Positions 24,300 through 36,092 of a stretch of DNA of 43,262 bases are shown piece after piece. Source of the stretch: Priapulus caudatus (Eukaryota); NCBI RefSeq assembly GCF_000485595.1, contig NW_014577063.1, forward strand, positions 684,854-728,115, given 5' to 3'. Under the pieces are notes generated by a model, which made no database searches, was not told where the DNA came from, and saw nothing but the letters and a program-made list of their open reading frames with translations. Position 1 is the first letter of the stretch; every line of letters starts with the position of its first letter. A program made the translations under genes and the position numbers.

Positions 24300-26218
24300 T
24301 AAGTTTAAATACCACCAGTAGGCAGTAATCATGACATCACTCATCAGTAAACAAGTACTAGTACTAGTAGGGTAACTTCGTAAATCTATTCTCAATTTTC
24401 TGAAAATATATTTGTTAATGTTATATTTATAATCATGTATCTGATATATTTATATCATCATATATTTGAGAAAGGGTTTGTGCAAGAATCCTTCCTTTTA
24501 AACTGCTGTGTAGGCTGCCATTTTGTTAATCACGTGACTTTTGATAATCATGTGACTCGACACGTAGCGGTGATTGGCTGCCACTCATGATTTGTCGCCG
24601 ACCGCCGTATAGAAATAGAACCGTTTCTATTCCTGCGATCGCAGTCGGCGACCGTATTTTCGATCGTAAGAGAACTCATTTCGAATTTAGTTGCCGATGT
24701 TTTTATCGGTGATCTGGCTGGTTTTTGACGTACGATCTTCAAATTTTGTCGGCGACTAGGTCGTAAGGGCGACCCGAGTTAGCCTTTAGTCTTTACTCTG
24801 GCTCTACTCTATTTCTACTGGCGGCGGTGTAGTGTAAGCCCTGCGCTCCCGCTCCTGTAGTAAGAACGAAGGGGCTACACCAGTAGAGCTAGCTCAACCC
24901 TAGCTCTACCCTATCCCATGATGTATGGTGTAGGTTCTTAGCGGCAAAGTTAGCTTATGCTATAGTACAGCCTACAGGGTCCTGTACTGTAGACTGTGTG
25001 GAGTGTAGTTCCTTGGCTTAGCTTCCGCTACACTGCCTACACAGTACCTACAGTCTACAGCCTAAGATGTACCTCAGTAGTAGTACTGTACCGTCTGTAA
25101 TTATCAGTGACAGTGTACAATTATTTATAATGTACCACAGAGACTGATATTGATAGACTGTGCCCTAGAAATTTATTGGTATATGATGTATCTCAGCATA
25201 CATTGCCATTTTCGCATTAGTTAAATGTGAAATGGGTTGGTGTCACCGTTATTAATGCACAGACTCTAGCAGTCCTACCAGTGAAGCCTCTGCTTGGTTA
25301 CATGCACAACATGACACATTGCCATGTTATATAATATATAGCATGTATATTATACAATATACATAGTGATTGAATGATATCAGATGTCAATAAAAACATT
25401 TATTTAGGCACTGTGTTATTATACTTGTTACTGTGTCATATTGGGTTCTGTAACCAACAGGTTGTGTAGTGTAGTGGTACCAATGGAATTGGCACTAATC
25501 TGTGTAGTGCATAAGTAAGGATGATAATTTGTTCATGGGTATAACCATTGTCGACTTCACAGCATCTCAAGCCTGCTTTACATAGTCTCTAGTCTTTATC
25601 CTAGAGGTAACCTATCAGACACCCAATCCTAATTAAGTCCACCTTGAATGTATAGGCCCATCAACTAGGATTAGATCCAACATAGTATTGTGAAACTTTA
25701 TTTAAATTTAACAAAAACGTGTGATTTTCACCCTATTTAAATAATAATGAAATATAAACTTTTCAACGATAGAAAATCGTTTAAATAACATTTTATGGTT
25801 ATGGTTTATAGTTGTCGTTTTAACAATGCATTATAAAATATAAACCGCAAACAAAAACGAAGACCGGTGAAACAATATTCCACTCGCCACACAAATTCCA
25901 TACCCACTTAGTTGCTCTTCATAATATTCGTATATATCAGACTTTATATATTTCAAAGACAAATAATGATACACAGTTGAGAATGTGTGTGATGGAACAG
26001 ATTTGTCATTTAACGAAAAAAAGCCATTTTCAGTATAGAGGCAATGTATGATACAGTGCAAGAATATAGTAGGTAGTATCACCTCACCAATATGATTTGG
26101 TTGCAATTATCTCACTCATTAGTCTTCAAACAAAGTGGCTGTTTTTGATCCCTATCTGGTGTTTGAGCTCGTAGAAACTCGCTAATTTACATTTTAGGTC
26201 ACCAGATGGCAGCAGCAG

Positions 26219-26375
26219 TTACAATTTGCTGCTTGGCTTTCCGATGAGGGTGCTAATGCTGTTACATCGGATTCCGGAGTCGTCATCGTCAAACAAGTAA
26301 TCTGAGTCCTTGTTATCGGGAGAGGCCTCTTCAGCTTCCGAGTGTATGTCCGTAAGTGGAACTCGCATTAGACAC
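26219..26375 (-). CDS. Vitellogenin receptor-like LRP, last coding exon (cytoplasmic tail)
   Basis: cctgcag|G, phase 2 matching the donor AA|gtatat at 26742; encodes CLMRVPL...DYLFDDDD...PSSKL*. Confidence 0.75.
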
Positions 26376-26741
26376 CTGCAGGATAGAATCGCGGGAACAC
26401 GATTAGATTTTCTTAATTTGAAAAGTCATCCAATTTTAGATGGTGGCAATACTTATATAAGTTGATCCATCAATACGTGTGACATTACTAATATTACTTT
26501 TGTTCAAAGAGCAATTATGTATGGATCCCCATAAAAATAAATGAATGTATGTATTGAAATAATACGGATTAAGCACACATTTTTATATAAGGGTCACATT
26601 TACAATCCAATAAAAAGTTTAAATACATCATCATATGCAAAATATTAAAGATTTCTTTGCAAGAGCAGAACATGATGTAATTATCACATTATACAATCCG
26701 TTCCATAGCATTAATCATAGGTATAACACTGCACAATATAC

Positions 26742-29700
26742 TTGTTATGGTTGTTGTTGACTTCTTCTGGGTCGAAGCACGGATTCGTGTAGGCAGCCGT
26801 ATCTGTTCGGCCCTCATCCTTGAGTGAAGTCCAATCGTAGATGAAAGCTGCCTGGAACGGATTCTTTCCTATTCTCTTTCGGTAGTAATACAGCGCGAGT
26901 AGCACAGCTATCATAACGAGGACAAAGCATACTGCGCCGATCAACCATAGCATGCCAGATGCTGTCTTAAGCTCCTCCTCACACAATGTGCCACGATAAT
27001 TGTCTGTACAGACACAAAACCCCTCCCCGAATATGCCAGTAGAGCATGTGCCACCATTTTGGCAGCCGCAGACCGAACTCGTCTTTCCGTCGTCGTGGTG
27101 ACCAGTGCTATGGTACACTGCCCCACGTTCGTGTAGACACGTGTGGCCCTGTTGGCTAAGCGCACACAAGACTCCTGGGTACGACGTGCACGGATTGTCG
27201 CGGGCTTTCTGGAGGCTCGGATGCAGCACCAGCAGAGCCTGCGGGGTGTCGCGAGTACGGGGATTGAATTTCTGCAGCTCGGTCACATTTCTGCCGTTGT
27301 GCTTGTTCAACTTTAGCAGAGCTTTCTGTTCAGCGATGTACAGCCAACTTCCGAACATGGCCAACCCCTGCGGGTGGTACAAGTAGCCCGACTCCTTACC
27401 AAGTACCGTTCGCCTGTACAGTCCATTCAAATCAGAGCTGCCTACGTAGTCAAGACTAGCGTCAACCCAGTACACGTGCTCGTTGAACAAGTCTATCGTT
27501 AAGGAAAGCGGTTGTTCGATGTCAGTTTTTACTATCACGACTCTGTTCTGGCCGTCCATCGAAGCGCGCTCGATCTTTGCATTAGTGCCGCTGTCCGACC
27601 ACAGCATTAGACCCTTCAGTGGATGCAGTGCAATGCTACTCGGTCTGTCAATGTCCGATTGGATGATGCTGACGCACGAATCCGGCTTTCTACTGTTCCC
27701 GCGTTTCCCACACACAGTGATCTCCGACGATCCCTGGTCGGCGCAGTAAAGGTTACCGGTCACCCAGTCGTAGGCGATGCTCGCCGGAATCTCGATCACG
27801 CTGGTCACGACCGCCGCGTCGCTACCGGGCGTGAGCGAATGAACGGTCTCCTTGTACAAGTCCGTCCAGTATATCATTCCGGACTTGGCGTCTCCGCTCA
27901 GCGCGTAGATGCTCGACGGCCCCGTGCCCGCCTGGTAGATGCGATTCGCCGAGCCGTACTTTCTCACGGGGAGGGTCAGCGAGCGGATCTCGTGCTGGAG
28001 AGAGAAGACCAACACGGCGTTTGTCTCCAGCGGTCGGCAGGTGTGTCCGTCTGCCTGCAGGAGGAAGCCTTCCTCGCAGCGACACTCGTAGCTCGCTTTC
28101 GCGTTCACGCAGATCTGATCGCACTCGTGCGTCTCCTCGACGCACTCGTCTATATCGTGGCACGTGCGATTGTCGCCGCCCATGCGCTGCCCCGGGTAGC
28201 ATCGGCAGAGCGGGCCGAACGGTGTCGGCTGGCAGACGTCGCTGCAGCCGCCGTTGTTCCAGTTGTCGAGTCCGCATGCGTGCTGGCACCACTCGTCCTC
28301 GTCTGACGCGTCGCCGCAGTCGTTGCGTCCGTCGCAGACCGCCTGCCACCGTACGCACTCCATCGACTGGCACTGGAACTCGTCGTCAGCGCACTGCGCC
28401 GCGATCGCGTTGCAGTTCGGCGGCTCGTCGGACGCGTCTATGCAGTCGGCTTCGCCGTCGCAGTACCACTCGTGCGGGATGCACCGCTGGTGACCGGACG
28501 CGCACTCGAACTGTGCTTCCGGGTTGCAGTACACGGGCTCCGCGGCTTTGCAGCCGGTCTCGTCCGAGCCGTCGAGGCAGTCCGGCTCGCCGTTGCAGAC
28601 GCGACTCTGCGTCAGGCAGGTGTTCTCGGGGCAGTGGAAGTATCCGCCGCCGCAAGACGTGCAGTTGTTCTCGTCGGAGCCGTCCCTGCAGTCGCGCATC
28701 GCGTCGCACCAGTAGAGGGCGTCGATGCACTGGCCGCTGTCGCAGCGCACGCTGCCCGCGTCGCACGGAGCGCACGTCGTCGGCTTCTCGTCGGAGCCGT
28801 CCGGACAGTTGCGCGTGCCGTCGCAGACGTCCCGCTTCAGAACGCACGCGCCATCGTCGCACGTCCACTCGCTGTCTGCGCAGACCTTTTCCGACGTGCA
28901 GGTCTTGTTGTCGACGCCTTCGGAGAATCCGACGGGGCACTTACACGTTCGGCCGCCCGGAATCGGTAAACAAAAGTGACTGCAGCCGCCCTTGCCGGAC
29001 GAACACGCGTTGCTCACAGTGTTTTCTCTGTGCTGTACAACAGCGATATCTGTGTAGTTGTCAGCCGTGCTTAGAAGTAGTTTAGAAGTGCTTTCGTCGA
29101 GTATGCTATTGCGGATTTCGGTCACGTAAACTCTTTTCTCGCGTTTGTCAACCCAGTACATTTCACCTGAAAGCACTGACATAGAAATAACAGCATGTGA
29201 TCTGATCATTACCATACGCTCTGTTCCGTCAAGTGATATCGTTTCGACGAGGTCCCTTTTTGCGTCATACCAAAGCAGTCGATCGGTGATGTAATCTATT
29301 GCCAAGGTGACTGGAGTGCCGGTTGTTTCTTCGCGGATAAACTGTCTTATGTTGGTACCATCCATGAAGCTGACGTCAATGTGACCGTGGGTGCTGCACA
29401 AGGCCGTGAAGAACATTGTTCCTGCTGCCGGATGAACAACGATGGAAGTGGGTCTCTCTAGAGCGGTCATCTGTACGAGACGTAATCGATAAATATCTCC
29501 CAACGTCATGACATCGATAGATTGTCTCGCAGCATCTGCCAAATACATGTTGTTAGAAACAAAGTCTAAAGCCATATCCGTGATCATCGCTAGGCCTGTG
29601 GAAACCACGTTTCTCTCCTCCAGTGAGTCGAGGTCTATCGCGTTCAGCACATTACGTGTGGCGTCGCTGTAGTAGAGAGTGTGCTCTTTCTCGTCCACTG

Positions 29701-30983
29701 CAAGGGCGGTCACTTCTTGAAGTCCGACTACTGGTAGGTGCGTGTGATCCCCATTACCGAGCGACTCGGTATAGAGCTTTGTTATCTTGTCGTAGGACGA
29801 TACGAGAACGTATGGCATGTCGGATCGCTCCACGCAGATTCTGCCATTCGCGTGAAGCTTGTGACCAGCAGGGCAGGTGCACGTGTGACCTCCCTCCGCG
29901 GCTAATACGCAAAGATGACTGCAGCGGGCGCTTTGGCATGGGTTGCGTCCGGTTGGCTCCTGCACAGAATGGTATATGTGCAGGCCGATGGGTAGAATGT
30001 TGCGTTCTTTCAGGAGCGTATGCTGTTCATTACCGGTGAACTTGTTTGCAGACATGAGTGTCCACATCATCCAGTCCGACCAGTACAGTTTGTCTTGGAA
30101 CACAGCGATGCTGAATGGATGTGCCACGGATGTGACGTCGACCTCTCTTCTGTCAGTTCCATCAAGCCGAGAGGTCTCAACCTTCTGTAACTGAGTCTCG
30201 GTCCAATATAGTCGGCTTATCGCACTGTCCAGTGTAAGGGAATTAGGGTGTCCTAGAGAAGAACTAAACAGGGTGATGCGATTGGAGCCATCCATGTCGG
30301 CTCTCTCTATCTTTGGTTCTTGTCCCCAGTCAATCCAGTACATGGTTCCCATGGAAGGACTAATCACTAGATCCTTCGGATTCGACAAGCCCTTGACGAA
30401 ACTAGTGCAGATGATGCCTTCCAGGTCACAGGCGATGATCTCTTTGAGATTGCTGTCGATTACGTAGAGTCGTCTTGCCAACGAATCCACTGCTATCTTC
30501 TCCGGCCTGACGAATCCGTTACTAATCACCGTCGCAACAGATTCGCCACAGTTTCCCATAGAACACGATCGCACTTGGCAGCCATCTAACCAGTACATTT
30601 TACTATCTACGCTGTCGTAAGATACGCTTGTTATAGCGTGGCCCCCCTTGTAGACGGAGAAGTATTCAGCTTCGGCTTTCTCGAGGTAAATTGCCCGTAT
30701 CTCCTTTTTCGTTGAGAAAAAGAGCAGCGGATAAAGGCCTTCAGCTTCGCAAGTGTTTGCGGTTTTGCTGTATATATATCCAGAGGTACATTTACAAAGG
30801 TAGGTGCCGGGAACGTTTTCGCACACTTGACTACAAAGGCCATACTGGCCTTCACATTCGTTGATGTCCACGCAGGTTGAGGTCGTGTTTGACTCGGTCT
30901 TCGTGAAGCCGTGTGGACATGTGCAGAGAGCTCCAGCTGGTGTGTTCCAGCACTTGCCTCCCGTACACGTTGTGGTGTTGCAC
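26742..30983 (-). CDS. VgR: Vitellogenin receptor-like LDL-receptor-related protein, 4242-bp exon
   Basis: EGF-EGF, YWTD propeller, EGF, propeller, EGF, 5 LDLa (CxDGSDE), EGF, Ca-EGF, propeller, EGF, TM (GMLWLIGAVCFVLVMIAVLLALYYY), tail with YTNPCF. Acceptor acttag|G. LRP family is secure; VgR orthology is inferred from architecture. Confidence 0.9.
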
Positions 30984-31363
30984 CTAAGTCATGAATGTTG
31001 AATTTCAATGTACATCACTGTGCATAACACTCCTGAGTATATATATATATATATAATGTAAATTTCGGGATTCAAGAGTACCCTTAAATGGAGAATTATC
31101 AATCATTCAAAACAAATGAATAACAATTAACATAACAAATATAACAATATAACAAACAATAATAATGATAATTCTTCAACAGCTTTCCACAGTTGCATAC
31201 TGCAATACTGCAAGTTATTGATTGATAGTAGTCAGAACATGCAAGTGAAAATAGTCAGAACATACCAAAGGATTGCAACTCATTAGTTAGGAGTGTGTCA
31301 TGTTAGGACTTCAGTATAACACAGGCAGACGAGTAATAGCACGTTAAGTAAAAATATCCTTAC

Positions 31364-31456
31364 ATGTTTGCTTGGCATAGGTCGTCTTCATCAGTTCCGT
31401 TGACACAGTCAGCATTTCCATCACAGAATTTCCTCAGGTGAATGCATTCTCCAGTA
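31364..31456 (-). CDS. VgR-like exon (LDLa repeat 4)
   Basis: TGECIHLRKFCDGNADCVNGTDEDDLC; phase 2 to 2; canonical splice sites. Confidence 0.9.
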
Positions 31457-31721
31457 CTGTCGGGCAGTCACATATATGGATGTTGTTATCAGTAAATTTA
31501 CTAACTACATAGTAATATCATATATGAGCTACACAGTCACAGGTATCAACTCAGAACTTGGGTAAAGATGAGCAGTGCTTGCCATATATATATATATTCT
31601 TATTTGGGTGCGTTCAGTAATGCATGTTTACCAATGCTGCTTAATGAATGTAATACCATACTGCTCATGCATTCCGCGTGCGTTACCTGAATGAGGACAG
31701 GTTTGTTTCCGTGTGGCATAC

Positions 31722-31856
31722 CTGCAGGTGTACATGTCTTTCTCAATCATGCAGGTTTCTTCCACACTTTCACAATCGTCTTCGTCACTTCCATCGTAGC
31801 AGTCCTTCTTCCCGTCGCACCACTTTGATGCAGGCACACATCCAGTACCTGGGGAT
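31722..31856 (-). CDS. VgR-like exon (LDLa repeat 3)
   Basis: CVPASKWCDGKKDCYDGSDEDDC; phase 2 to 2. Confidence 0.9.
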
Positions 31857-33097
31857 CTGCATTGCCAATCATTATATCAGGAGTGAATAGAGAAATTGAT
31901 GTGTTTTTTTCAAACATCAAAACATTTTTGTGAAACTGACTATAGACTTGAGGTAACAACCATAACATACACACGTATGCACACATACAAACGTATATTG
32001 ACGTGACACTATTAATACATTTCATTGTAACGCGTTATAGCAATATTACAGTGACACTTAGTATTGCCTATGTAAAAACCCCCATGATGGTCAAAAGTAA
32101 ACGCAGCTAGAAATTAAGACGTGTCGATTAGGCACTTAGGCATGTCGGATGATTTATAAGATGTTGCAAGGACCTGGCATGTCGGACCTGTATTTTTTAC
32201 AACACTAAGAAGACAATCGTTAGTGTTAATTGTGAAATCTTGATAAAAATGTGACGATTTATATTTCAATTGCATCTAATTACTCAGTAATGTAAAAATA
32301 TTTCATATTTACCTCAAAAATTACAACTATATTGTGTGTGCATGTCCCAAACTTTAGTACATAAGAATAATGTATCAGAAACTGTAATACTTTCTTGCTG
32401 TGTAGCGGTATTTACATGTTCAGATGGAATTAGAAACTGGCAATTCATGCTTTTAAGTTTTTTCTCCCAATAGATGGCGCAAGAACGTCATAGTATAATA
32501 CGGTCATAAGGCGGTTGCACGCCTTCTATTCTTAATGAAGGCTTCTATATATTGTGCACGGGGTCTTGGGTATTGTCACTTCAAACTGATTATTAGTGAT
32601 TAACATTAGCAGAGTCGTACCCGCTTTATTAGGACAGGTTGGGAGCCACGGAAAAGTCCCGATTAAGCAGCAGGGTGTTGTACGCTTTACCCTATTAAAA
32701 TAATGTCTCTGTGGACTGTTTTTAACGATGTGTGATGCACCCACTGATATCTACATAACTATCTGTACTAACTACTATATACTATATACCGCCCTGTTCG
32801 TATTTACTAAAGATGTAAGTTGATGCATCCATTTATTTGAGGCCCAAAAAGCAGGGACCACTGTACCACTATTTAGGGCAATGACTCACTTGTGTTCACT
32901 TAATGAGATCAATTTTCTGATTAATTTTTAAATTATATTTGTTAAACTGTGATCAAGGTTGCAAGTTATATTTATATCGTACTAACAGCGGCCCTAGTCT
33001 AGAAGACATGTCCCACAATACTTCATGTCTACAATACATTACACAATGGGTCATGTCTTCTAGAATAGCGCCCTAGCAGCACACACCGCATACATAC

Positions 33098-33230
33098 CTG
33101 CAGGATTTCTCATGTTGTGAGCAAAGTTTCTGGCAGCCAGAGAGTTCATCAGAGCCATCAATACAGTCGTTCATGCCATCGCACACCCAGTGCTTGTTAA
33201 TGCACATCCTATTGTCGTGGCACTGGAATT
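33098..33230 (-). CDS. VgR-like exon (LDLa repeat 2)
   Basis: [32 protein letters not shown]; phase 1 to 2. Confidence 0.9.
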
Positions 33231-33254
33231 CTGTTAGCAAATACCCATCCATTG

Positions 33255-34079
33255 ATACGTATCAGGTAGATAATAGGGAGGAGTGTGACATCAATAAACA
33301 AGGGAAATTCGTCATTTACTAGCCTTATAATACCTACGATTTACTACGCGTAACTCATCCAACTTGAGCTCAAATCGGACACAGTACATTCGCCAATCAT
33401 CGTGCAAAATCGTTTCCTCGTAGACACCCGCAATCCGGAGATACAGCCTAAAACGTACGACACGATTCTCCATTCTTTGGCCATCAATCCAGCCCATTGC
33501 GCACCTATAATTCAGACAAAAGGCAGCAACACTGCTGCGCAGTCGCTGTGTTTGCTCTCTCGGATAGCTGAATGTGGCGTTGTGGCTCGCGGGGAGATTG
33601 GAGATCGACGCAACACTCGACGAGCTAATCATGCGGTTGGCGTGCGTGCGTGAAGGCATGCCAGCTATGTACAAAGGTGGCCTGTGTAGCTGTGTACCGG
33701 GTCAAAGGTTATCTCGCCGAGTGTTGATGCCTAATCTCCCCGCGAGCCACAACGCCACATTCAGCTATCCGAGAGAGCAAACACAGCGACTGCGCGGCAG
33801 TGTTGCTGCCTTTTGTCTGAATTATAGGCGCGCAATGGGCTGGATTGATGGCCAAAGAATGGAGAATCGTGTCGTACGTTTTAGGCTGTATCTCCGGATT
33901 GCGGGTGTCTACGAGGAAACGATTTCGCACGATGATTGGCGAATGTACTGTGTCCGATTTGAGCTCAAGTTGGATGAGTTACGCGTAGTAAATCGTAGGT
34001 ATTATAAGGCTAGTAAATGACGAATTTCCCTTGTTTATTGATGTCACACTCCTCCCTATTATCTACTCCTGATACGTAT
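33255..34079. mobile_element. Large palindromic (foldback) element with ~345-bp arms
   Basis: Arms 33255-33599 and 33733-34079 are nearly identical inverted repeats with termini TATCAGG(AG)TAGATAATAGGG in a TA-rich context. A mini version lies at ~34085-34152. Confidence 0.9.
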
Positions 34080-34511
34080 ATATATACCAGGAGTAGATAA
34101 TAAGGAATTCCCTAGATAGATAAGGGGATTCCCTATTATCTACTCCTGATATATATACTCATTTATACTATACCTGCAATGAACTATACAATGAAAAAAA
34201 CTAGCAAATTACATAACAAAAATTTTGTCATCGGTCGCTGATCAAAGGACCCTGGTTACACTTCAAACAAAGTAGTGGATTGCTCTAAATGTTTATATTT
34301 AATTTCTTTTTAAATTATATAAAAATTTATATTTAAGATACTGTACCAGCCTTGGTTCTTCGGTTTTTAAGGCTAGTACACTGATACCGACTTCCCCATG
34401 TGACTGTATCAAAATTCCCACATCCATGAAGTGGCATTGCCAGCAAGGCGTTAAATTCATACACCCACTAAAATTTTCCCAATTTCTCCAAAGATGTACC
34501 AGTGTGCCCAA

Positions 34512-34687
34512 CTCTCTCGCGCTCTCTCTCTATATCGCTCTCTCTCCCCCTCTCTCACTCTTGCTCTCTCTCTCTCTCTCGCGCTCTCTTTTTCTCGCGC
34601 TCTCTCTCGCTCGCTCTCTCTCTCTCGCGCGCTCTCTCTCTCTCTCTCGCTCTCTCGCTCTCTCTTGCTCTCTCTCTCGCTCTCTCT

Positions 34688-34719
<32 letters not shown>

Positions 34720-35260
34720 TGCTCTTTCGCGCTCTGTCTCTGTCTCTGTCTCTGTCTCTCTGTCTCTCTCTCTCTCTATCTCCCTCTCTCTCAATCGCTC
34801 TCTCTCGCTCTCTCTTTCTCTCTCTATCTCGCTCTATCTCCCCGTCTTTCCGAGTCGCTCTCTCGCTCTCTCTCTCCCTCGCTCTCGCTATCTCTTTCTT
34901 TCTCTTTCTCTATCTCCCTCTCTCTCCCTCTCTCTCCTTCGCTCTCCTTCGCTTTCCCTCTTTCTCTCTCTCGCTCTCTCTCGTTCTCGCTCTCGTTTTC
35001 GCTCACTCTCTCGCTCACTCCCTCTCTCTCTCTCTCTCTCTCTCTCTATAGATCTTCCTCTCTCTCACTCGCTCTCTCTTGCTCTCTCTCGCTCTCTCTC
35101 TCTTGCTCTCTCTCTCTCTCTCGTTCTCGCTCTCTCTCTCGCTCACGCTCTCTCTTTCTCTCTCTCACTCACGCTCTCTCTCTCCCTCTCTATCGCCCTC
35201 TCTCTCCCCCTCTCTCTCTCGCTCTTTCTCTCTCGCTCTCTCTCTCTTTTCTCTCTTTCC
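34512..35260. repeat. Compound (CT)n/(CTCG) microsatellite, ~750 bp
   Basis: Seen directly in the sequence. Confidence 0.97.
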
Positions 35261-35304
35261 ATCGCTCATTGGCTCATTACTGTAATGATATTAAAAGTCC
35301 TTAC

Positions 35305-35469
35305 CTGTAGACTCGCATTCCAACTGATACGAATTATTGCATCCAATTTCATCGGACTTGTCAGTGCACTGAGTGGCTCCGTCACAGCGCCAACTAGCAG
35401 GGATGCACTCTGTACCGTCCGTGCAGTGAAATACTGGTCCTCGCAGCGAGCACAAAGCATCGGCACCAC
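35305..35469 (-). CDS. VgR-like exon (LDLa repeat 1)
   Basis: [43 protein letters not shown]; cacag|...ACAG|gtaag; phase 1 to 1. Confidence 0.9.
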
Positions 35470-35812
35470 CTGTGAATTGATGATGTTATACCCGGTTTAG
35501 ACGGCACCTATTATATGTCAGCTCTGTATATACGAGTCAGAATTATTTTCATTCATTTTTAAAACAGCTCAAAATCGATTACGTCTCAAAACTAAAAACA
35601 CTACACCGTTGATTGTCCATTGGTTAGTAAAATAGTGCAGTGTTATATTTACGCGATGTAATACTATGCTTGTAAATTATGTATTCTTAATGTACTATAA
35701 AGCCTTTTCGGGAAGGTCCACAAAGACATGAAAAAGGGCTGTGGTCATATATACCCGTTTTTCCTACCAACACGTTAAAACTGTTTACAGAACAAACGTT
35801 AAGTAATGAGCA

Positions 35813-35846
<34 letters not shown>

Positions 35847-35991
35847 TTGTAGTATGTATAATATAGTTATATATCATATTGATAGCATGAGATATTTTTC
35901 TTTTGCTCCCTAGCGCTGACCATGGAACATAGGTCCTAAAGTTTTCGGTGCTTGCTTGCTATATATTTGCTTTCAGTTTATTTGCTAGATA

Positions 35992-36092
35992 TAACCAGGA
36001 GTGAATAATAATAGATTATTATTCTATTATCTTATCTTATCTTACTTCTATTATCTGAGAATATAGTATAATTATTATTCACTTCTGATATA
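35992..36092. mobile_element. Short palindromic MITE related to the 33255 family
   Basis: ccaggagtgaataataat ... attattattcacttctga inverted ends. Confidence 0.55.

Noticed and set aside
26219..26230. C-terminal SKL as a peroxisomal targeting signal
   Set aside because: PTS1 applies to soluble matrix proteins; this is a type I membrane receptor.
27623..29085. Long overlapping Arg-rich ORFs in other frames
   Set aside because: A by-product of extreme GC3 in the LRP exon; no recognisable domains.
33312..34020. Two near-identical ORFs on opposite strands
   Set aside because: They arise from the palindrome arms; no recognisable transposase or recombinase motifs.
34426..35500. Ser/Leu and Arg/Glu ORFs
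   Set aside because: Translations of a (CT)n microsatellite.
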